DNA of 64,000 nt from Heteronotia binoei (GCF_032191835.1 NC_083240.1:13764001-13828000); one strand, 5' to 3'. Shown: positions 10,241 through 22,570, counted from the stretch's first letter. Translations and numbers: made by a program. The notes: generated by a model not told the origin, from the sequence alone.

Positions 10241-10420
10241 GCCTCAGATTCAGCAGGAGCTCCCAGGAGCACAGCTCCTGAACCTTTCTGAGAGTTCCCC
10301 CTCTTCCTCCCCACAAACCTTGTCCATTGAATAGTAGGTGCAGCTGCATAACAATCCCTGGATTAGGAGAGCAGGCAGCCAGCCAGCTACCAGGAGCTTT
10401 GCCACGCCCCCAGCAGCCCT
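10241..10420. repeat. Unclassified interspersed repeat
   Basis: GCCTCAGATTCAG...GTGCAGCTGCATAACAATCCCTGGAT also present at about 56525-56670. Confidence 0.7.
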
Positions 10421-10900
10421 CATTAACCTCTGGAGAAGCCCGTGCCACCCTTTCTCCACTTTTTATGTGATTTTGGGCAGCGGGTGGCTTGCAACTTCAA
10501 CAGGAGCCAGTTTTTAGAAACTGTAATTGGCTCTTCTTCAGCTTTTACAGTTGGTTAATTTATCCCTGCCAGCCTCCGAGGAGCACACTGCGCAGGCGCT
10601 GTCCGCTTTCGCGTCTCCCGGGTCTGTAACAGACCCGAGGAACACGAAACCGGCCAGGCAGCATCTGCGCTCCATGGAGCGAAGGCAGGAGCCAAGGAGC
10701 ACACACGCTGCACGTGGGGAGAGTAGGAGGCGCCCTAGGCGGCCACCTACTTGGCCTACTCCCATGCACCGGCCATGTGTATAAAGTTGATCTATTCACA
10801 CTGGTGGTTCCCCAGGTCGCTAAACTCAGCCATAGAAATGTGTCTTCAGACCACTTGCGGGGGAAGGGAGGGGACTGCAACTCGTCTGTTCAATCATCAA

Positions 10901-11097
10901 CAGGGCTTTTTTTTTGTAGCAGGAACTCCTTTACATATTAGGCCAAACACCCCTGATGTTTTTCAGAGGCAATGAGAGACCAACTGTTTACAGGGCTCTA
11001 AGTATAGGAGCCACTGTAAGCTCCAGGAGGACTGGCTACATCAGGGAGGTGTGGCCAAATATGCAAAGGAGTTCCTGCTACCAAAAAAAGAGCCCTG
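10901..11097. mobile_element. Palindromic hAT MITE, family A
   Basis: CAGGGCTTTT...AGCCCTG fold-back. Confidence 0.8.
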
Positions 11098-11451
11098 ACC
11101 GACATCATCCTGAGAGTTTTAAAAGCAGCCTTGTGTTCACGTTTCTGGTCTGTAAAATGTACTGATCTGGGATTAAAGAAGTAGTTTTTCTCCCCTCCTT
11201 TCCCTTTGGAGTCAATTTAATATGGAGGTTTGAATACCACTCAAGGGAGCCAAACCTCTGGTCTCAATTGCGCCAGGGTATGCCCAGCCTTACCACCTAC
11301 CGTGACCTAAGGCTGTTGATTCTGATTGGTCACGATTCAAACCTTTATGAGCTATGCTCCATCTCCGAGCCGGTAAGTGATGTGTCAGACAGATCCAATT
11401 TTCTTAGCTGCAGGAACACATTCAAGATTGCTCAAGATATGTGACCATGTG

Positions 11452-11545
11452 AGTCTGTCTGTAGCAGTAGAAAAGAGCAAGAGTCCAGCAGCACCTTAAA
11501 GACTAACAACATTTGTGGCCGGGAAGGAGCTTCTGTGAGTCACTG
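11452..11545 (-). mobile_element. Penelope-like element terminal fragment, truncated by a SINE
   Basis: GAGTCCAGCAGCACCTTAAAGACTAAC motif shared with the 34210 and 52590 fragments; partial hammerhead remnant. Confidence 0.6.
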
Positions 11546-11816
11546 AATAGATTGAATTTATATCCCACCCTCCATTCCAAATCTCAGAGTGGCTCACAAT
11601 CTTCTTTATCTTCCTCCCCCTGTGAGGTGGGTGGGGCTGAGAGAGCTCTTCCAGAAGCTGCCCTTTCAAGGACAACTCCTATGAGAGGTATGGCTGACCC
11701 AAGGCCATTCCAGCAGCTGCAAGTGGAGGAGTGGGGGACTCAAACCCAGTTCTCCCAGATAAGAGTCTGTGCACTTCACCACTGCACCAAACTGGCTCTC
11801 CACACCAAACTGGCTC
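11546..11816 (-). mobile_element. tRNA-derived SINE, Squam3-like (name tentative)
   Basis: Matches the ~280 bp consensus AGCCAGTTTGGTGTAGTGG...GGCGGGATATAAATCC repeated more than 10 times in the window. Confidence 0.85.
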
Positions 11817-12204
11817 ATGTAAAGTATTCCTCCTACATTCTCCCACCTGTCCGTCCAGCATCCTGTCCATCCCACCCGTCCAACAACAAATCTCTGGATT
11901 GCAGAGGAGAAAACTTCGGGGAGAAATTGGCTTCTTGAAGACCACCAGTTGTGTTTATGGCTGAGGAGGCATTGGAACTATGGACTTCTCCAGCTCCCAC
12001 ACTACCCTAGACCTCATCTTTGCACCTATTGTGGCCCTTTTAAATTAGAGGTGGCCAAGGATTGTTCCCTCATAATAACTTGCAGGATTCCCCATTGACA
12101 TTCCCATTTCAGATCAGAAAAATGGCATTGGAAGGCAAGCTGATGCCCCTTTGTCATCTGTACCATGGTCCCAATTCAAACTGGGCACTGAATGCACAGG
12201 AATT

Positions 12205-12389
12205 AAGAACATAAGAGAAGCCATGTTGGATCAGGCCAATGGCCCCTCCAATCCAACACTCTGTGTCACATAAGAACATAAGAGAAGCCATGTTGGATCA
12301 GGCCAATGGCCCATCCAGTCCAACACTCTGTGTCACACAGTGGCAAAAAAAACCCAGGTGCCATCAGGAGGTCCATCAGTGGGGCCAGT
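12205..12389 (-). mobile_element. CR1-like 3' end with ~65 bp tandem duplication
   Basis: AAGAACATAAGAGAAGCCATGTTGGATCAGGCC occurs twice in tandem. Confidence 0.7.
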
Positions 12390-13414
12390 GGGTATAACTC
12401 ATACTTGCTACACAGACCGGGGACCCCAGATCTAACTTGTGTACTCTGTAATGTCTGAACTGTCATTCGTAAAGCCACTGTAGCAGTGGTGAAATTTGAG
12501 CTTCCTGTCTCACTCACACCAAGTTCTGTAAGGAAATATTCATTCATGGACAAAATAATAATAATAATAATAAATGAGAATCTTTTTATTGGCATTTCCA
12601 TCCAAGAAATTCAAATGGTATTCAACATCACAAGTGATGAATGCACAATATCTTTTATTCCTTTCTTTTAAAAAGCATCGCACATAGTTCATCTACGTAC
12701 CCTCAGTTCTTTCTCCTTATTAAAGATACCCAGGCAACCGTTTCCTTTACAAAAGGCATTGACATCTCTCTCAAATGAGAGAAGCACACAGATGCAACAA
12801 AACCTAACTGAAATGGCCCAATACGTTATCATAATAACTTTTAAAAGTTCATCTACAAACGTAGTACAGGATTCTCAGTAACATAGCTACTGTTCAGGAG
12901 GCAAAGGGGTTCACGCAAAAGGTTAAAAAAAAAAATAGACTACAGCACTTTTAATACAAAACTACATCATCAAAAATAGCCCTTCTCTTGGAAGGACAAC
13001 CTGAACAGAGAGCCAGTGCTGATCTTCAACCCTTTGGATCCTCAGCACCTTCAGTGCTGTACCTCTCGGATACCAGAGAGACATCTTTTGAGCAACACTG
13101 TGGCTGCAGATAATTCTGGGGTTTTGTTTTGCATTCTGCACAGGAACAAAGACACTGGCTGTCTGTCACGGTCACCCATTAAGGGTGGACTTTATCCACT
13201 CTGCGAAAAGCAGGCACGATCCTTCATTGTGAAGGGAAATTACATTAGCCGGCTTTCTCTTTGCAGAAAAAACAACCGCATTCTCCTTCTCCCCCACCTC
13301 CTGGAAATCAAAAGGTTTCCTACTTAAGAAAGAGGAATCCTAAAACCAAAGATTCCTCTAGTATATATATATATATTTTTGTAGACAGCTATCAGGAAAG
13401 TCCATCAGTGGTCT

Positions 13415-15637
13415 CTACCACGGTCTCCAGATGGTCACTGCAGCTGGTGGGTTCTTGTGGGCAGGGTGTTTCTTGGGAAGAGGGTGAAGAGGCACAGGTG
13501 GGCAGCCTAGGGCCGGAGCGGGTGGGCGCGTGTGGTCGGCAATGACGTGGACTTTGCAGAAGTGCTTGATCAGCCGGCTCTGGGTTTCCCTCTTGGGTTC
13601 ACAATAGGAGAGGAAATTAAACGTTTCCCTCAAGCAACGCAAGTACCCGGTGTTGAAGTCGAGTTCTGGATTCTTCTGGCCGAAAGCTAGAGAAAAGAGA
13701 AAATTTGCAAAAAAGAAAGAAAGTCAGCAGTAGGCACATGCAAATCCCACAGTGATCTGAGAGTCTTTATCGTTGCATTAGATAGCAATCCAATCCTCCC
13801 TCTATAGGGCAACATGTTGATTCCCACTGGTTATCTTCACAAGAAACCTGTGAGGTTGAACGAGAGAGCGACGGGGCCAAAAATACTCAGTGAACTGCAT
13901 GGCTGAGTAAGGACTCTAAATCCAAGTCTCTAAATCTGACTTTCTACCAATGTTCCCTCTGAGCTGAGTTAGTGTGAGCTAGCTCACAGTTTTTTAGCAT
14001 CTGGCTCACACATTTTTGTCTTAGCTCAGGAAAAATGGCCCCAGAGCAAACTAATTTATGCAGTAGCTCACAGCTTTAATGCTAGTCGCTCACAAAGTAG
14101 AATTTTTGCTCGCAAGACTCCACAGGTTAGAGGGAATATTGCCTTCTACCCTTTCGCTATACAAATGAGCTCGTTTTACATATTAGGCAGGGTAAACTGA
14201 CGGTCTGCCAGTCCTGACACTCTGATCTGTATGTGGACAGGATTGTTTCATCCTATATTTTTCTGTGCACACCTAATGTACTGAAAGGTCAACCCAAGTG
14301 ACCTAACCAGAACACAAAATCTTAAAGCAGCAAGAGCCTCACTCAGCTTGCATGCAGATGCCTTTAGGGGCCTGTTGACCACTAAACTTGCAAGAAAAGT
14401 CCTGTCTATCTGAGACTGCAGGAGCTTTCTCTCTCCTTACCTTGGCCCTGAGCTTGACGCTGCTGTTTCAGGTAACTGACAGCCACTTCCAAGATGTCAG
14501 CTTTCTCCAGCTTGGAGTTGGGCTGGTGTCTCTGGAACTCCTTCTCCAGCAAGACCTTCAGCTGCTCGATGCTGCTGTTAATGCGGTCGCGGCGCATCTT
14601 CTCCACCACTGGCTTTCTCAGCTGTTGAGGAGAAAGAATACAAGGTCAGCCTGCAGGAATGGGAAAGAACTTGCAGTGCAAAGTTTTTCCGGTAACCCAA
14701 ATCCCATTCTTCCCCTCTCCCATCTTCTGTTCCAACATTTAACAGAATTTCCAGATGTCTACATTGAGACGCAGCTGTCAAGGACACAACAGATGTCTCG
14801 CCCCCTGATATATCTCTGACTAATCTCTTGCCTCTCTCATGCCCCTTGGTCACAGAATTCCCATCCATCCATCTAGCTAGCTAATCTTTTTTTTCTTTCT
14901 TAAAAACACATGCATACACAACTGCTTGTTTGATTCAAGCTAACCCCAGCCCCTGTTCTGACACCCTTCCTTTCTATCATTCTCAGAACTTGTCATTTTA
15001 AGACCTGGTTAACACATCCCTGTTGAGTTCTTGATGCCTCTACATTCCTGGCATTGGAACATGTGAACGCACTTCCCTGGAAAGCAGTGTGAGACCCGTT
15101 CACACCTGCAAGTCCTCATCCTCAAATGATGAACAAGCCGGTATGAAACTGGGATGCTTTCACACGGAAGGTGCATTCACACGACACTAAATAATGTTTT
15201 ACATCCAGATTTTTGCTATTCTTACACAGTAAAAATCTGGATGTAAAACGCATTATTTAGTGTAGTGTGAATGCACCAACAGTGAATAATGCATTTTCAA
15301 TCCACTTCAAATGCCCTTTTTGCAACTGGATTTTACTTTCTGCAATGGCCAAACCTGCCTCCACACAATGCTAAACCGTACTGAAACTGCATTATTCAGA
15401 ATGTGCGATTATGCTTTCGAATACACTTTGCAACTGGGTCGTACTGTGTGCAATGGCAAAGTCTGCTTGCAAACAGTCACAAAAGAGCATCAAAAGTGGA
15501 CCAAAAGCATGGGTGAGCCCACCCTGAAAGCGGTGCGTGTCTGCTGCTTCTCTGAAGCTCTGCCTTACCTTGTTCTTCTCTTTTGCCAACAGCCTCTCCT
15601 CCTCCATGTGGACCATACAGCTGTTGCTGGGAGCCAT
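13415..15637 (-). CDS. HES5: HES5 paralogue 2, 173 aa; complement(join(13415..13686,14441..14621,15569..15637))
   Basis: Exon 1 [23 protein letters not shown]; exon 2 [54 protein letters not shown]; exon 3 [17 protein letters not shown], Pro-rich tail, WRPW-stop. GT-AG introns, phases 0 and 1. Confidence 0.95.
13948..14141. mobile_element. hAT-type MITE in intron 2 of HES5 paralogue 2
   Basis: TIR CAATGTTCCCTCT / AGAGGGAATATTG; TSD CTTTCTAC/CCTTCTAC. Partial copies near 31490-31690 and 42283-42465. Confidence 0.8.
15170..15277. mobile_element. Harbinger-like fold-back MITE nested in a second Harbinger-like MITE, intron 1 of paralogue 2
   Basis: GGTGCATTCACAC / GTGTGAATGCACC ends with ~45 bp arms. 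Host element starts GGGATGCTTTCACAC at 15151 and resembles 41687-41817. Confidence 0.7.
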
Positions 15638-15738
15638 CCTTAACCCAATTGGCTAGGCAGTCAGACAGAGCTGGATGTCAGCTGCTCCGAGCTTAACCCG
15701 AGCGCCACCCTTATGCCCCAGATCCTTCCAAGAGCCTC

Positions 15739-15876
15739 TATTTATATCTGCAAGCGGCTTAGCAGTTACGTGAGTTTCCAGCTTCTCAGTGTTTCCCACA
15801 GTCGCGCAGCCAATCCGGGCCTGCGGTCAGATAATAAAGCATCTCTCTTTAGTACACGCTACATTGACTGTCAATG
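15739..15876 (-). promoter_or_regulatory. HES5 paralogue 2 promoter
   Basis: TATAAATA 15739-15746; RBPJ TGTGGGAA 15793-15800 with partner CGTGAGTT 15769-15776; CCAAT 15810-15814; CpG-rich. Confidence 0.85.
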
Positions 15877-16303
15877 CCCCAGAGAGAATAACCTTCTGCC
15901 TGTACCAACTGGTGCAGCGCGCAAAGCTGCACGACGGGCCCGTGGGAGGAATCTGGGAAAGCCTTGCCCCTCCAGATGCTTTGCAGGGGATCAATTACAT
16001 TCCTAAACCGCTATCCTGTGCCACTCCTGCTCACAGTTAAAGATGCTGGGGGGGGGCAGGGGCGTGGGAGAGAAGGCATAAGGAAGGAATAAGGTGCAGG
16101 ATGGTGGAAGGCGGGCGGGGAGAACCCAGCAGCGCCCCCAAAAGATCTGTGTCTATTCATCCCGCAGTCCCACTAAAAGAGATCACAGCACCCAAGCAAT
16201 CAGATTGAGAAGACAAACAGTGGAACAGAGTCCAAACATGGCAAAACGCCACACATTGTTTATTATTATTATTCCACCACATCCCAGCCAATGCCAGACT
16301 CTA

Positions 16304-16577
16304 CAAGAAGAAGATATTGGATTTATATCCCGCCCTCCACTCCGAAGAGTCTCAGAGCGGCTCACAATCTCCTTTACCTTCCTCCCCCACAACATCCTGT
16401 GAGGTGGGTGAGGCTGGAGAGGGCTCTCACAGCAGCTGCCCTTTCAAGGACAACCTCTGCCAGAGCTATGGCTGACCCAAGGCCATGGCAGCAGGTGCAA
16501 GTGGAGGAGTGGGGAATCAAACCCGGTTCTCCCAGATAAGAGTTTGCACACTTAACCGCTACACCAAGCTGGCTCTC
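16304..16577 (-). mobile_element. Squam3-like SINE, full length
   Basis: Consensus match with (TCT)n tail. Confidence 0.85.
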
Positions 16578-16765
16578 TAGGCGATGTACAACAGAAAATA
16601 TACATAAAAACAATAAAATCAGATTAATATAAAAACAATTTCAACTCAATGGACTCAATTCAACTTAATTCTGCTTTCTAAGCATTGTGAGCAATCTCTC
16701 CCTTAAGTGAAAGGGGAGGGGGGGTGTGCCAGCCCCGCAACCGTCGCTGTCCTCAGGCAAAAGCC

Positions 16766-17654
16766 TGAGAAAAAATACAACCAAACGGTTAAAGTGACCA
16801 AATAACAAAGTAATAATAAGGCAAGGTACAATTTACAATGCAATTACAATAATAACAAGGAGTCCCAACATGCAGGGGGTTGACTTGAAACTTCCTGCCA
16901 GGTAGGATCATTCTTCAAGCATAGGGTGCTCCATTTGTAATAACATGCAAAAAACTTCCAAGTCAATAGAAATCAACACTGATACTTCCACAGCGTTCTG
17001 TGATTGCAAATAATATTAATGCTCACAACGGTGCCTGTCTTTTAATATTATTTGGAGACACTTTTTGTGCCCTTGTGAATACATAAAAAGGTAGTCCCCT
17101 GTGCAAGCACCGGTCGTTTCCAACTCTGGGGTGACGTTGCTTTCACAATGTTTTCATGGCAGACTTTTAACGGGGTGGTTTGCCATTGCCTTCCCCAGTC
17201 ATCTACACTCCCCACCCCCACCCCCGCAAGCTGGGTACTCATTTTACCGACCTCGGAAGGATGGAAGGCTGAGTCAACCTGGAGCTGGCTACCTGAACCC
17301 AGCTTCTGCTAGGATAGAACTCAGGTCGTGAGCAGAGGGCTCCGACTGCAGTACTGCAGCTTTACCACTCTGTGCCACCGGGCTCTTACCCCATTAATAC
17401 ATACATTAATATTATTTGCAGTCACGGAACGCTGTGGAAGTATCAGTGTTAATTTATTTTGAACTGGAAGTTTTTTGCACGTTATTACAAATGTAGCACC
17501 CTATGCTTGAAGAATGATCTGGGCAGGAAGTTTCAAGTTGATTCCCTACACCTTGGGACTCCTTGTTATTATTGTAATTGCATTGTAAATTGCACCTTGC
17601 CTTATTATTATTTTGTTATTTGGTCACTACAACTGTTTGGTTGTATTTTTTCTC
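16766..17654. mobile_element. Fold-back element with ~250 bp inverted arms (16766-17021, 17406-17654)
   Basis: Arms align as reverse complements by eye; the loop holds a Sauria SINE. Confidence 0.75.
17088..17385 (-). mobile_element. Sauria SINE
   Basis: Reverse-complement match to 7524-7821. Confidence 0.85.
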
Positions 17655-18004
17655 AATCTGAAGTGACCTCTCTCCTGTTTTTTTTCCCTCAGGCAAAATC
17701 TTGGCAGAACATCTCTGCTTTATAGGCCCTGTGGAATTGTAAAAGATCCCGAAAAGGTGTCTTCCTATAGAGAGTTCCACCAGGTCGAGACCAGGACAGA
17801 AAAGGTCCTAGCCCTCACTGAGGATAGTCAAACCTCTTTAGGGTGGGGGATCACCAGCAGGTTTTGGCCAGTAGAGCACAATGCTTATCCAGGGACATAG
17901 CGGAGGAGGCGGTCCCTTAGATATGTTGGTCCCAGACCTCTCAAGGCCTTAAAGATCATAACTAGAACCTTGAATCTAACCTGGTACTTGGTAACTGGGG
18001 ACTC

Positions 18005-18220
18005 TGAGGTGGCTTACATCATTCTTCTCTCTTCCACTGTATCTTCACGACAACCCTGTGTGGTAGCTTAGGCTGAAAGAGTGTGACTGGCCCAAGGTCG
18101 CCCAGCGAGTTTCCATGACACAAGTGGGGATTTGAACCTGGGTCTCCCAGATACTAGTCTCCCAGATACTACACTACACTACACTACACTACACTACACT
18201 ACACTACACTACACTACACT
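18005..18220 (-). mobile_element. Older tRNA-derived SINE with (ACACT)n expansion
   Basis: ACAACCCTGTG...GACTGGCCCAAGGTC...GGATTTGAACCTGGG; similar copies at about 35745-35903 and 36880-37066. Confidence 0.6.
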
Positions 18221-19228
18221 GCAGTACATTACGGAAGGAGTTTTGATGAAGGCCTTAGAACTGTAGCAGAACGGAACCATGTGAGAATTGGAGACTTGAC
18301 ATATGGAGGCCTCCCTTGCTTGTGAGAAGATGGGGGGGGGGGCAGGGTCTCAATCAATTACTCTCAGCATTCTACCATTAAGGATACCTCAAGCTCCACT
18401 TTTCCTTCACTGTTTTTGCCCCAGAATGGAACCCAAACAAATGGTTACTATATAAACTAAGCTTGTTATTCCCATCTGATCCTTGAATCTGCTAAACATC
18501 TTCATTATGCTGTAGGATAATTTACTGCTCAACCCTCTATCGATATGTATGGACTGGAAATTTTCAGTTTTGTTTCTGACTCCATGTTTAATTGGCCCTT
18601 CCTGGCAACTCCCCCCCCCCCTTCTATATGTAACAGCTGAGGGAATTCTGTTTCACTGTTTCTGAAGAAGCGTGCATACACACAAAAGCTTGTACCTTGA
18701 CTTAAGCTTTGTTGGTCTTAAAGGTGCCAAAATGCCAAAAGGAAGGGAAGGAGATTGTAAGCCGAGGACCCGTTTACCTGGGGGACCGTCTGTCCCCACA
18801 CGTTCCCAAGAGAGTGCTGAGATCTGGATCTCAACATTTCTTAGTGATCCCTGGGCTGAAGGAGGCAAGACTGTCGACCACCAGGGATCAGGCCTTTTCA
18901 GTGGCAGCCCCCTCCTGGTAGAATCAATTGCTGGAAGAGGTTAGAGCCTTGCGAGACCTCGCTCAGTTCTGCAAGGCCTGTAAGACCGTTCTCTTCCGGC
19001 AAGCCTTCAGTTGACCGTAGGAGAATTCTGGAACAACTGTCGTCCTGAGAATGAGTAACATCTAATTTGTAGCACCAACTGTATATTGTTTTTAATTTAT
19101 TTTGTTTAATAGTTTTATTGATTTTATGATTGCGATCATAGTATACTGTGATCTGATGTAAGCTGCCCTGAGCCCGCCTTGGCGGGGAGGGCGGGGTTTA
19201 AATCAAATTAAACATAAACAAGCTGCTC

Positions 19229-19904
19229 TAGGCTTGCCAATCCCCAGGTCCCAGCGGGGGTTCTTCCGCTTTCCCAGGCTCCTTCCTGCCCCCAGTCAGC
19301 TGGCCGGCGGGGGGAAGCCCCGGCCCCAAAGCCATCATGTGACTTTCCCCCTCCAGAGGCTCCAGTCTCCAATTGGAAAGGCTTCTTCTCGGAATGGGGT
19401 GTCTGTGTTACTTGGAAGAAGTTGACTGCAACTCATGAGTACAGAGGCCAGTCCCTCACTTCAGAGTTGCCAGAAATGGGGCAGGGGGGGGGCACTTCAT
19501 TATTCCCTATGTGGAGATCGGTTCTCATAGGGTATAATGGGGAATTGATCTGGAGGTTTCGGGGGCTCTGGGAGAGCTGTTTTTTGAGGTAGAGGCACCA
19601 AATGTTCAGTATAGTATCTAGTGCCTCTCCTCAAAGTACCGCCCAAGTTTCAAAACGATTGGACCAGAGGGTCCAATTCTATGAGCCCCAAAAGAAGGTG
19701 CCCCTATCCTTCATTATTTCCTATGGAAGGAAGACATTTAAAAAGGTGTGCTGTCCCTTTAAATGTGATGGCCAGAACTCCCTTGGAGTTCAATTATGCT
19801 TGTCACATCCTTGTTCCTGGCTCTGCCCCAATGTCTCCTGGCTCCACCCCCAAAGTCTCCTGGCTCCACCCCCAAAGTCCCCAGAATTGGACTTGGCAAC
19901 CCTA
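19229..19904. mobile_element. hAT-type non-autonomous element, long TAGGGTTGCCA family
   Basis: TIRs TAGGCTTGCCAA / TTGGCAACCCTA; TSD AGCTGCTC/AACTGCTC. Confidence 0.8.
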
Positions 19905-19946
19905 AACTGCTCTGAGACTCTGAGTGAAGGGCAGGGTATAAACCCA

Positions 19947-20016
19947 TTCCTTCCTTCCTTCCTTCCTTCCTTCCTTCCTTCCTTCCTTCCTTCCTTCCTT
20001 CCTTCCTTCCTTCCTT
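19947..20016. repeat. (TTCC)n microsatellite
   Basis: About 17 tetranucleotide units. Confidence 0.95.
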
Positions 20017-21336
20017 ACAATTCGGTGCAGTGGCTAAGAGTGGTGGACTCTAATCTGGAGAACTGATTCCCCACTCCTCCTCCACATGCAGTCGGCTGGG
20101 TGACTTTGGGTCAGTCACAGCTCTCTCAGAGCTGTTCTCTCAAGAGCAGTCCTCAAAGAGCTCACTCAGCCCCACCTATCTCACAGGGCGTCTGTTGTTT
20201 TCTGGGTGTATTTATGCTGTAGGAATGCATTGTTTTTATCCTGCAACCTTCTTTTGAGTCTCAGCAAGAAAGGTAAATTATAAAGCAAATAAATGAGAAA
20301 TACATTTAAAAAGAGAAAACAAGCTAGATTAAGGGAAGCTAACTGGCAGTCTTGAGGCCAAGGGATCTGGGAACATCTTGATCTAGCAGTTTTATCAAAG
20401 GGGAACCAAAAGGCAGTTTAACTGTTGAGCTGCAAGCCAGAGACGTTAAAAAAAAAATTAAAGAAGTCTTTGCCCACGGAAACCATAGAACAGGATCAGA
20501 TGACACTCTGGTGGGCTGTGGTAGGGCGTCTGTGTGTGTGAGATCATGTATTACTTCCTTGAGCATCAGTTATGCTTGCCCTGCCTCTAGTCAGTCCTCA
20601 TTTTGGGCAGGAGCTCACAGGAGCAGAGTTCCGGAACCTCTACATTTTATTGTGCTCTTTCTTTCTTACCCCGCCCACCCCTCAATACTTATTTCTGGGC
20701 TCTATTCTTCAAACCCCCTGAGAGAATTTTGCTGAATAAGATTTGACAAACTTTCAAATATTTTCCCCCACAAAAAATGGGAAAACGACCAAAACTAAAG
20801 CAGACAGATGGAAATCTTCCTCATGCCACTGTGGCCACAAAGGAGAAAGTAATGTCAAAAGTACAACGGGAGTAAGGTTTTATTATGGCAATTCTAATTC
20901 AAGAAGCATTTCAAGGTAGATGCTGAGCCGATAGAATTGAGTACACCTTCTGGTGATGTCAGAGGTGTGTGGCAGATGCAAGTGAGTTGTGCTGATGAGC
21001 TCTGGCATCCCTTTTTCTACAAAATGACCCCTGCCTCCAGTACTCCCAGGCTTCTACACCTGAGTGTAACCTTCAAATGGGGCTTATGTGCACACAAGTC
21101 CAACGTGCAGCCTTCTACAAAGTTACTCCAGTTGAAGCCTATTTGTATCAACAGGCTTTGAGTGGAGTAACCACATAGACTGCACAATGAGTCTCTGTGT
21201 GTCTGTTACTGATCCATTTCTGCCCCTATTTTTTTCCATCGCCTTGTTGATTTTATTCATGGGAGTTGATAACAATGATGTTTTTTCAAGGCTCAGGGCC
21301 CCTCCTGGGCAGGTAGATTTCAGAGCAGGTAAGACG

Positions 21337-21542
21337 CCACTTGCAGCTGCTGGAATGGCCTTGGGTCAGCCATAGCTCTGGCTGAGGTTGTTCTTGAAAG
21401 GGCAGCTGCCGTGAGAGCCCTCTCCGGCCCCACCCACCTCACAGGGTGTCTGTTGTGGGGGAGGAAGATAAAGGAGATTGTGAGTCGCTCTGAGACTTTG
21501 AGTGGAGGGCGGGATATAAATCCAATGTCTTCTTCTTCTTCT
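21337..21542 (+). mobile_element. Squam3-like SINE, 5' truncated
   Basis: Consensus match with (TCT)n tail. Confidence 0.8.
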
Positions 21543-21705
21543 ATTACACCATCAACCAGGTCTACCACCACCTTGGCTTTTGATTTAATGGCGGCTGAGC
21601 CCAAACATTGCCACTGGTACAAATTCATCACAGAGCACATGTCACCCACATCCCAGCCACATACTATACGCATAATCTTATGAGCCACAAAAAGGGGAAC
21701 AAAAC

Positions 21706-21904
21706 TAGGGCTATTTCTGTAGGGAAAGCCCAGCAGGAACTCATTCGCATATTAGGCCACCCCCCTGACACATCATTGTTTCATGTGGGGCTTTTTTGCA
21801 GAAAAAGCCCAGTAATGACTCATTTGCATATTAAGCCACAACCTCTGATGCCAAGCCAGCCGGAACTATGTTCCTGTGCATTCCTGCTAAAAAAAAAAGC
21901 CCTG
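21706..21904. mobile_element. hAT MITE, family B
   Basis: TAGGGCT...AGCCCTG ends; perfect 8 bp TSD AACAAAAC. Confidence 0.85.
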
Positions 21905-21921
21905 AACAAAACTGGCAAACA

Positions 21922-22199
21922 GAGCCAGTTTGGTGTAGTGGTTAAGTGCGCGGACTCTTATCTGGGAAAACCGAGTTTGATTCCCCACTCCTCCACTTGC
22001 ACCTGCTGAGATGGCCTTGGGTCAGCCAAAGCTTTCATAGAAGCTGTCTTTGAAAGAGCAGCTGCTGTAAAAGCACTCTCAGCCCCACCTACCTCACAGG
22101 GTGTTTGTTGTGGATGGGGGGAAGGTAGAGGAGATTGTGACCGCTCTGAGACTCTGAGATTCAGAGTATAGGGCGGGATATAAATCCAAATCTTCTTCT
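21922..22199 (+). mobile_element. Squam3-like SINE, full length
   Basis: Consensus match. Confidence 0.85.
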
Positions 22200-22403
22200 A
22201 TTTTATTTCTGAAAGAATGTAAATAGATAGGATTGCCAACTCGAGGTCAGAAAATGCTTGGAGATTTTGGGGGTGGAGCTTGGAGAGGGAAAAGTTTGGA
22301 GAGTGGAAGGACCTCAACTGGATATAATGCCAACATCAATGTTCCACTCATTCTGTGTAATCTGCCTTCAGTCCAAGGCAGACTATAAAGTAAGTGAATA
22401 AAT

Positions 22404-22570
22404 CAGGGGTGGAATTCTAGCAGGACCTCCTTTGCATATTAGGCCACACCCCCTGATGTAGCCAATCCTCCAAGAGCTCACAAGGCTCTTTTTTGTAAGC
22501 TCTTGGAGGACTGGTTACATCAGGGGTGTGGCCTAATATGCAAAGAATTCCTGCTAGAATTCCACTCCTG
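22404..22570. mobile_element. Palindromic hAT MITE, family A, nested in a TAGGGTTGCCA-family element (22228-22687)
   Basis: TSD GAATAAAT/GAATAATT; host TIRs TAGGATTGCCAAC / GTTGGCAACCCTA. Confidence 0.8.

Noticed and set aside
11513-11964. ORFs with recurring peptides such as AALSRTTSARAMADPRP, also at 16291, 21320, 33056 and 48212
   Set aside because: Incidental translations of the multi-copy Squam3-like SINE.
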